From a virus, in IMG/VR virus record IMGVR_UViG_3300044998_001357, positions 64,001 through 128,000 of that record: DNA of 64,000 bases; one strand, written 5' to 3'. Below, piece by piece: positions 58,251 to 64,000 of this stretch. Numbering within the stretch: position 1 is the first letter of the stretch; every line of letters begins with the position of its first letter. The notes below the pieces were generated by a model. That model made no database searches. It had not been told where the DNA came from and saw only the letters and a program-made list of their open reading frames with translations. A program made the translations under genes and the position numbers.

Positions 58251-59195
58251 TTAGGGAATATCTACCTCGATGCGCAAGTTGACCTGGCAATACCGAATCC
58301 CACCCAGACCGGCTCGCTCGTAACTGCGGGCATGCTGGATACGAATCTGACGCCACTCGAAACCCCCCTCACCAGAGGGTTTGATTAGGTCTGGATACAT
58401 CATTCCTGAGGGTTTGGGGGTTCCGTTCCAGTCCAACGGAAACGCGTCCCGGGCAAACATCTGATTCACGTCAAAACCAACCAGTCTCTTTCCGACCTGA
58501 TTGGTGATTGCATCGTGTAACCAGCGGTAGGTGTCGGGGTCTTCCGCGAGGATGTGAAAGTGGACCTCTTGCTCAACGATTTGTACCTGGCTACCCAGTT
58601 CGTATCCTTTTCGCGAGGTGACATTGGGAACCACGTCAACCACCACAGCGGGTAGCTGAAGACGATACTCACCGGGAATATCCCAGACCCCTGAACCGGT
58701 CTGGGTAAAATGCGGGTCGTCGGAGCGGAACGAATCTTTCTGGAGTCGTCTCCAGCCCTCGTTGTTCGACGTGTAGACCTGAAAAAGTCGATAGCTATGT
58801 TCGCACTGAACAATACTTGTGGGTGAAACCGGCGGATGGAAATGGACCTGGCCATTGGGATAATCCACGAAGTGACCCGATGCCCGAAAAGTGCCGTTTA
58901 CCCACACGCCCGAGACCCGGATGGGTTGCTGGTCAAACTCCACGCCGGTTTCCCATACCCAGTCTTTTCGAAATCCCTGCCAGACCTGACCATCGGGATA
59001 ACGCGGGTCCGAGACGGGTCGCAATCGCGTTTCGTCGATGTTAAAACAATTGGGCTGACCCATTCGAGCAGAGAAGAAGCCACCCACCCCCAAAAAACCC
59101 CACTGGAAAAAAGTGGTCAAATTGGCTTCCAGCTGTTTGGACAACAGAGACTCGTGAACACCCCGGACACCTTTTAGCTGTGTGTGGGTCGGCAT
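58251..59195 (-). CDS. Tail completion/terminator-like protein
   Basis: QLPAVVVD, V.FHILAE; directly before tail tube. Confidence 0.55.
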   Translation of the reverse strand: MPTHTQLKGVRGVHESLLSKQLEANLTTFFQWGFLGVGGFFSARMGQPNCFNIDETRLRPVSDPRYPDGQVWQGFRKDWVWETGVEFDQQPIRVSGVWVNGTFRASGHFVDYPNGQVHFHPPVSPTSIVQCEHSYRLFQVYTSNNEGWRRLQKDSFRSDDPHFTQTGSGVWDIPGEYRLQLPAVVVDVVPNVTSRKGYELGSQVQIVEQEVHFHILAEDPDTYRWLHDAITNQVGKRLVGFDVNQMFARDAFPLDWNGTPKPSGMMYPDLIKPSGEGGFEWRQIRIQHARSYERAGLGGIRYCQVNLRIEVDIP

Positions 59196-59836
59196 TAGAA
59201 ACCTCGCTGAATCTCTTCGATGATGACTGCCGGAATGACTTTTTCCAGGGGGTACAGTGCTCGCGTAATCCAGTTATCCTGAGAGGTGCCGGAATACTCA
59301 GGTGGAACCTGCCAAGTACCCGAGCGCACCATGATGGCACTATCGGTTCGGGAACGTGCCGGATGGCCATAACTAATCCGGTGGTCCAAGACCAGTACCT
59401 CCTGGCCACGAAGAGTCAGCCACTCCAGCCAGTCAATTATGTAGCCACCCTCTGAGCGATAACTCCCATCAGCCGCGAGAACTTCAGAGTAGTCTCCTTT
59501 AAGTATCTCGATGCGTAAACCGCCATGAACCTCTCCACCCAGAGGTTTGACCCCCTGAGAGGTCACGCGACAACCTGCCGATAGATTCTGAATCACCCTC
59601 TGAATCACAAAGGCCGCATCCACCACACCCAGTTCTGAGCGAAGCGCTCCTTTCAGGAGCGAGTCGTACTCGGGAGACTGGGTAAGTCGTTCAGCAATCA
59701 AAATTCCAATCCGGTTACGAATAGGAGTCACCGCTTGTCCCAAAGCTCGATTAAGCTCTTTGGCAATCGCCTTCAGAATTGCGTCATAAGTCTCGGAGGG
59801 ACTCATGAGGCTTAGTTGAAAGCGAATATCAGCCAT
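59195..59836 (-). CDS. Neck/tail completion-like protein
   Basis: Synteny; WLEWL, DNWITRA. Confidence 0.5.
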   Translation of the reverse strand: MADIRFQLSLMSPSETYDAILKAIAKELNRALGQAVTPIRNRIGILIAERLTQSPEYDSLLKGALRSELGVVDAAFVIQRVIQNLSAGCRVTSQGVKPLGGEVHGGLRIEILKGDYSEVLAADGSYRSEGGYIIDWLEWLTLRGQEVLVLDHRISYGHPARSRTDSAIMVRSGTWQVPPEYSGTSQDNWITRALYPLEKVIPAVIIEEIQRGF

Positions 59837-60371
59837 TGAACTGTTCCCATACCGCGTAGAAGTAGCGGTTTTGAATGATATTGCTTCGGTCGCCGGGTTG
59901 GACCAGTAACCGAAATTTGTTGCGAATCAAACCCTGAATCGGTAGTTGCAAAACTAAATGGTCACACTTCAAAATTTTGGGTAGGTCTTTCAAGAACCCC
60001 TTGGTCTCCACCAAAGAGTAAGGAACAAACATATTCTGTTTTGCTATTGGCAATGGCGTAACAAAACGTCTTAAATCCCAGTTGCATCCAAGCGTTATTT
60101 GCTCGGACACCTCTTCGGGCTTTCGGCCCTCACCACCGCACAAGGGGCACTTCCCGCCGGTAAAAGGCGAGGGGCCCCCACTGCGGTAACGGCCCATCGA
60201 ACGACCCGAGAGCGGGTCGACAATACAATTCGAACACGCAACGAAACGAGGAGGGTAAACCAGAGAACAGGTTTTTCCCAGTCCGCCCTCCTCCCCATTG
60301 GCAAGAAGGTCATCCAGGGCATCCTGGATAACCTGTTTGGTCTGCGCATCGAGGGCAAAGATTTTAGCCAT
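59829..60371 (-). CDS. Head-closure-like protein with zinc finger
   Basis: CSNC...CPLCGGEG; synteny. Confidence 0.5.
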   Translation of the reverse strand: MAKIFALDAQTKQVIQDALDDLLANGEEGGLGKTCSLVYPPRFVACSNCIVDPLSGRSMGRYRSGGPSPFTGGKCPLCGGEGRKPEEVSEQITLGCNWDLRRFVTPLPIAKQNMFVPYSLVETKGFLKDLPKILKCDHLVLQLPIQGLIRNKFRLLVQPGDRSNIIQNRYFYAVWEQFNG

Positions 60372-60559
60372 TATGCGTTCCAGCCGCTGGGTGCCACTTT
60401 ATACCGGTTATCGAGATTCACGACCGTCTGCATCGAATCGATATTGGGTAACGAAGGAACCTCGGGCCGCTGAAACAGACTGGTCTTGCCGGGTCGAGCA
60501 ACCGCTGCCGCGCCGTCACGAATCGGTTCCGAGGGTACTGCCTTGGAATAAATCGCCAT
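60371..60559 (-). CDS. Small hypothetical virion protein
   Basis: GGGAG RBS, TAATG coupling. Confidence 0.6.
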   Translation of the reverse strand: MAIYSKAVPSEPIRDGAAAVARPGKTSLFQRPEVPSLPNIDSMQTVVNLDNRYKVAPSGWNA

Positions 60560-60571
60560 GTTGAGACTCCC

Positions 60572-61063
60572 TTAAAAGTAACGATTGTAATCGTTTTGGT
60601 GTGCGTAAAGCCGAAACGGGGTCATCACCGCAGCACCTGCAATGCCGCCCGACTGAGTGGTCAGATATTCCGCCTTGGCGTCCGTATAGACGGCGCACCA
60701 CCCCTTCTCCAGGAGCTTTAGCTTACCCTGGAGATTACCTCGCAGGTCGATGGCCGAAGTACCATCCTTGACCGCGATAGCCTGCTTGGCCGCAAGGATG
60801 GCCGCACCCCGGTCAGCGATACAGGCCGCTTTCAAACAGACGAGGTTGATAAACGATTCGTCTCTCGTCCCCATGGTTGGGTCCGGCGTCAGGGTCTCAT
60901 TAACAACATCCGCGCGATAATCAAGTGGGAAGGGAAGCTCCTGAGCCACCTGAAACGCCGCCACCAGGATAAGACGCAACAGCGAATCATCGGTGTAGGT
61001 TTGAGCTTCCTGGTCGTTGACCATCACCCGAACCACCAGAAGCATTTCTTCGTCCCAGGCCAT
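60572..61063 (-). CDS. Head-tail adaptor-like protein
   Basis: VRVMVND..TYTDDSL..LI helical N-terminus typical of adaptors. Confidence 0.55.
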   Translation of the reverse strand: MAWDEEMLLVVRVMVNDQEAQTYTDDSLLRLILVAAFQVAQELPFPLDYRADVVNETLTPDPTMGTRDESFINLVCLKAACIADRGAAILAAKQAIAVKDGTSAIDLRGNLQGKLKLLEKGWCAVYTDAKAEYLTTQSGGIAGAAVMTPFRLYAHQNDYNRYF

Positions 61064-61070
61064 GACCACC

Positions 61071-61385
61071 TCACTTCAAATTGGGATATACCTTAAACTT
61101 TTGAATTTCGGAGTGGTTAATCATCCCACTGGGAAACCCCACCACGGCCTGAACCTTCCAGTTGCCGGGAAGATTGATATCCCCTGGTTCAACAATGTAT
61201 TCCATCTTGCCATCCGTACCATCGGTGACCAGCACCGCCTGTTTGTCCAGCACGCTACCGTCAGGTCGAGAGAACCACATACGCAGATTATTGGCATTCT
61301 GCAAATTCATAATGGAACCATCCTCGTTTTTCAGAGTGACCCGAAACGAGGTGCCCACATCACCAACATGGATTTCGCCCGTCAT
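61071..61385 (-). CDS. BppU-N-like Ig-fold virion protein
   Basis: GD.G..F.VTL, DGKMEY...GDI..PGNWKVQ. Confidence 0.7.
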   Translation of the reverse strand: MTGEIHVGDVGTSFRVTLKNEDGSIMNLQNANNLRMWFSRPDGSVLDKQAVLVTDGTDGKMEYIVEPGDINLPGNWKVQAVVGFPSGMINHSEIQKFKVYPNLK

Positions 61386-61387
61386 GA

Positions 61388-62068
61388 TTAAAACTCCTTT
61401 TGTCTCTTAGGAGTCCACAGAAACGGATAGACTAGCTGGATGGCCGAATCAAACTCGTACTGCGAAGCCAGCATCAACTCGACTTCGAGAATGGTGCCTG
61501 GTGCCGCACGTACCACCCAGAACAGTTCGGCCGCTGTCAGGACGCTATTGAGGTCTTGCCACCCCAAGACCATCTCAGCACCCAGTCGGCTACGAGTACC
61601 CCAAACCGGCTGACAAAGAGTACCGGTTCGTTGGTAAACATTCCATTCGGGAACAAGGTCGTGAGCCAAAACCGCTCGCAGGGACCACGGAACCGACGAG
61701 ATGAGCCCCACCCGTCCACGGGCCGGCCAGGTCAAGGTGAGCAGAGCAGCCAGTGTGGAGCGTTGGTTCCAGATTGTTTGAGCCGACCGATTAGCTAGCG
61801 ACCGAACCGACCATTGCAAACCATCCTCCGTCCCAGCCGGCGTCCGGGCTGACCACAAAAGCTCCTCTTCTTGGCCAATAGGCACATAGGTATTCCACAT
61901 ATAAGAATAAGTGCTGGAGAGCGGCGCATAAACAGACCACACCGTCTCGCTACTGGATGACACCGCCTGGACTGAGCCAAGCTCTGAAACATAGAGCGAA
62001 CCCAGCTGGTACTGGCGATTGCTGACCTGCTGGAGAGTACCCTCGGGAGTTTGCAAAAGCCGTGTCAT
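61388..62068 (-). CDS. Trp-periodic virion fibre-like protein
   Basis: 11 Trp spaced exactly 14 residues apart. Confidence 0.7.
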   Translation of the reverse strand: MTRLLQTPEGTLQQVSNRQYQLGSLYVSELGSVQAVSSSSETVWSVYAPLSSTYSYMWNTYVPIGQEEELLWSARTPAGTEDGLQWSVRSLANRSAQTIWNQRSTLAALLTLTWPARGRVGLISSVPWSLRAVLAHDLVPEWNVYQRTGTLCQPVWGTRSRLGAEMVLGWQDLNSVLTAAELFWVVRAAPGTILEVELMLASQYEFDSAIQLVYPFLWTPKRQKEF

Positions 62069-63426
62069 GAAAACTCCAGTCGCGGACAGACAAAGAGCGT
62101 GGTGCTCGGCCGAGCCAGATAAACCATCAGTCGCACAGGCCCTTTTTTCTGGGGGGTAAAGGTCAAGCTTAACTGCTGGCGAATCGGGTTTGTGATACCG
62201 GTAGTATCCCAGGTCGCCAGACTAGTGGGATGACTAACCCCTGCTGCCAAGAAGGGGTTTATCCGCCCACTTAAAAACGTCGACCGAGGAAAGTTTGCGT
62301 CCGCCAGGTATTCGGCTTCCAGCCACACATCTTTATTTGTAAGTGTTACGCCGTTATTCAGAATATGAAGCGTGACTGTAACTGGTACTTCCTCCTGGTC
62401 ATTCCAGAAAGTAATCGGGTCACTGATGAGCGGCCAGAACAGACTGGTGTTGGAGCGAGAGACCATGGCCCTAGAGAAAGGCGTCACTCCATTGCCGGCA
62501 CCATTCTCTCGAACCACAACTGTTTCGGTTGTGAGTGTGCCCGCAAAGGACTCATCCTGAAAACGATAGTTGGTGCTGGCGCTATCACAATTGAGCAGAC
62601 GAATATTTCCGGAACCCGGACCCGGTGGCGGACCGGAGACCAGGGCAACTCCCGCCCCCAGGCGACAGTTCCTAAAGAGGTAATCAACGCGGTCTTGCCC
62701 AGGCTGGATAAGAGCATGACCACTACCCAGAGCCGAAAGGTCCACACCGTGAAGCTCGGCGTGTCCACCCATGCAACCATTACCCGGACCAATAAATAGA
62801 CGGGTGGCAGTAGTTCCTGTTAAAATCAGACTTCCACCCCGCCAGGAAAAGCGAGCACGAACCGCGATACGGCAGTTTGTGTTGTTGAAACGAATATCTG
62901 TATTTACAAGTTCGAGAAAAGCATCATCCTGACCAGTGTTGGAAACACCAATATTGATTCGGTTTGCTGCAGTCGATGCACTAGGAGGAAGAACGCTGAT
63001 GCGTCCTGACTCAATACGCCACCACCAGGGGGAGAGCGAAGTAAAATTGATTTCCGTACCGCCGCTATTGTTTTGCACGTTCATGCGAATCTCAATACCG
63101 TAGGCGTAGGCAAATCCAGCCAAGGCAACGCCCCCTGCGTTCGCAGTTGTTGTTTGTATGACAGCTGTGGTGCGAAAATCTTCTGGAGTGGGCGGAACAT
63201 TGCCACCAACTCGCCGAACACACAATACCTGACAGGGGTTGGCGGCAGTTCCTGGTGAGGTGATTGTTCGAGACCAGGTAATATTCTCGTTATGGTCGTC
63301 GGCGATATAAAAAACATCCCCGGCCAACCGTCCGGTAAACGCGGTGTCCAGACGGGTAAAGGCATTGGCCCAATCCGCGCCCGTCCCGGCACCCGTCGCT
63401 CCGCTCCAGACATAATAGCTTGCCAT
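62065..63426 (-). CDS. Beta-helix-like tail spike/fibre protein
   Basis: YYVWSGATGAGTGADWANAF..L...GDVFYI N-motif; ATG 63426 overlaps upstream stop. Confidence 0.7.
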   Translation of the reverse strand: MASYYVWSGATGAGTGADWANAFTRLDTAFTGRLAGDVFYIADDHNENITWSRTITSPGTAANPCQVLCVRRVGGNVPPTPEDFRTTAVIQTTTANAGGVALAGFAYAYGIEIRMNVQNNSGGTEINFTSLSPWWWRIESGRISVLPPSASTAANRINIGVSNTGQDDAFLELVNTDIRFNNTNCRIAVRARFSWRGGSLILTGTTATRLFIGPGNGCMGGHAELHGVDLSALGSGHALIQPGQDRVDYLFRNCRLGAGVALVSGPPPGPGSGNIRLLNCDSASTNYRFQDESFAGTLTTETVVVRENGAGNGVTPFSRAMVSRSNTSLFWPLISDPITFWNDQEEVPVTVTLHILNNGVTLTNKDVWLEAEYLADANFPRSTFLSGRINPFLAAGVSHPTSLATWDTTGITNPIRQQLSLTFTPQKKGPVRLMVYLARPSTTLFVCPRLEFS

Positions 63427-63998
63427 CAGCTTATCTCCGGCTTGGGGCAGAAATACAGGGTTGTCGAGGGACGCGCCAGACAGACCACACAAGAAACAAA
63501 TCCGGCCATTGCAGCCGTGAAGTTGGTCCGGAGTCTCTGGGTTACCGGTGAGGAGATTCCTGTTGTTACCCAGGTTGCGTTACTGGATTCCTTGTTCACG
63601 GCAGTACTCAGTATCGTTAGCTTTCGGTCCGAAGCAAAGCTCGAACGAGGATGAGTGGCCGAACCCAGGAACTCAATTTCTAGCCATACATCCTCATCTG
63701 TAAGAGTGATACCATCGCTAAGTATTTCGATAACCACACTCTGTTCGACGCCAGTAACCTCATTCCACAGGTAAATTGGGTCGCTTGTGAGCGGCAGGAA
63801 AAACTTGGTATTGGCACTTGAAATCATAGAACGACAAACCGGGGTCGTTCCGTCTGTGGCACCACCCACGCGATAGATATTTGTGCCGTGAAAAATCGAC
63901 CCCGTGTAGTCACGCCGAAAATAACGGTAGTTGGTGCCGGCGCTGTCAGAGTTGACCACACGAAGGTTGGTGCCTCCAGGACCAACCACGGCACCAAG
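63426..63998 (-). CDS. Paralogue of the downstream spike protein, 5'-truncated by window edge
   Basis: C-terminal ~190 aa aligns by eye with 62065-63426 (NxDSAxTNYR, SDPIxxWN, DVWLExExLx, YLARPSTT/CLARPSTT). Confidence 0.75.
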   Translation of the reverse strand, partial: LGAVVGPGGTNLRVVNSDSAGTNYRYFRRDYTGSIFHGTNIYRVGGATDGTTPVCRSMISSANTKFFLPLTSDPIYLWNEVTGVEQSVVIEILSDGITLTDEDVWLEIEFLGSATHPRSSFASDRKLTILSTAVNKESSNATWVTTGISSPVTQRLRTNFTAAMAGFVSCVVCLARPSTTLYFCPKPEIS

Positions 63999-64000
63999 CG

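Noticed and set aside
62065-63998. Diversity-generating retroelement TR/VR pair
   Set aside because: Similarity is at the protein level with changes at all bases, not adenine-specific; no reverse transcriptase in the window

Overview
A 64 kb slice of a large tailed dsDNA phage genome (standard genetic code, densely packed). Left arm, + strand (1-36.6 kb): intein-containing class I ribonucleotide reductase alpha (5'-truncated); a replication/recombination module (RecA, DnaB, primase, dNMP-kinase-like, Cas4/AddB-like nuclease, Nudix, DnaE split into two intein-free genes with a DEDDh exonuclease between them, SSB); an atypical tRNA-Arg(TCT)-like element in a structured intergenic region; and a ~15.5 kb island of glycosyltransferases and nucleotide-sugar enzymes with PhoH and a CAP protein. 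Right arm (36.6-64 kb, mostly - strand): virion/tail morphogenesis genes. The most striking object is a 3383-aa tape-measure protein punctuated by [FYLM]AxGG / DTVPAxLTPGEF modules that bracket apparent cargo domains (HExxH metallopeptidase, GNAT-like, sigma-region-2-like and SAP-like segments), which suggests an injected effector polyprotein. Other signals: two genes that appear to start at ATT, strong GATC depletion, a recurrent intergenic CGGTGTA motif and a strict 14-residue Trp-periodic virion protein. All annotations come from reading motifs by eye; no searches were run and the host cannot be determined from this window.
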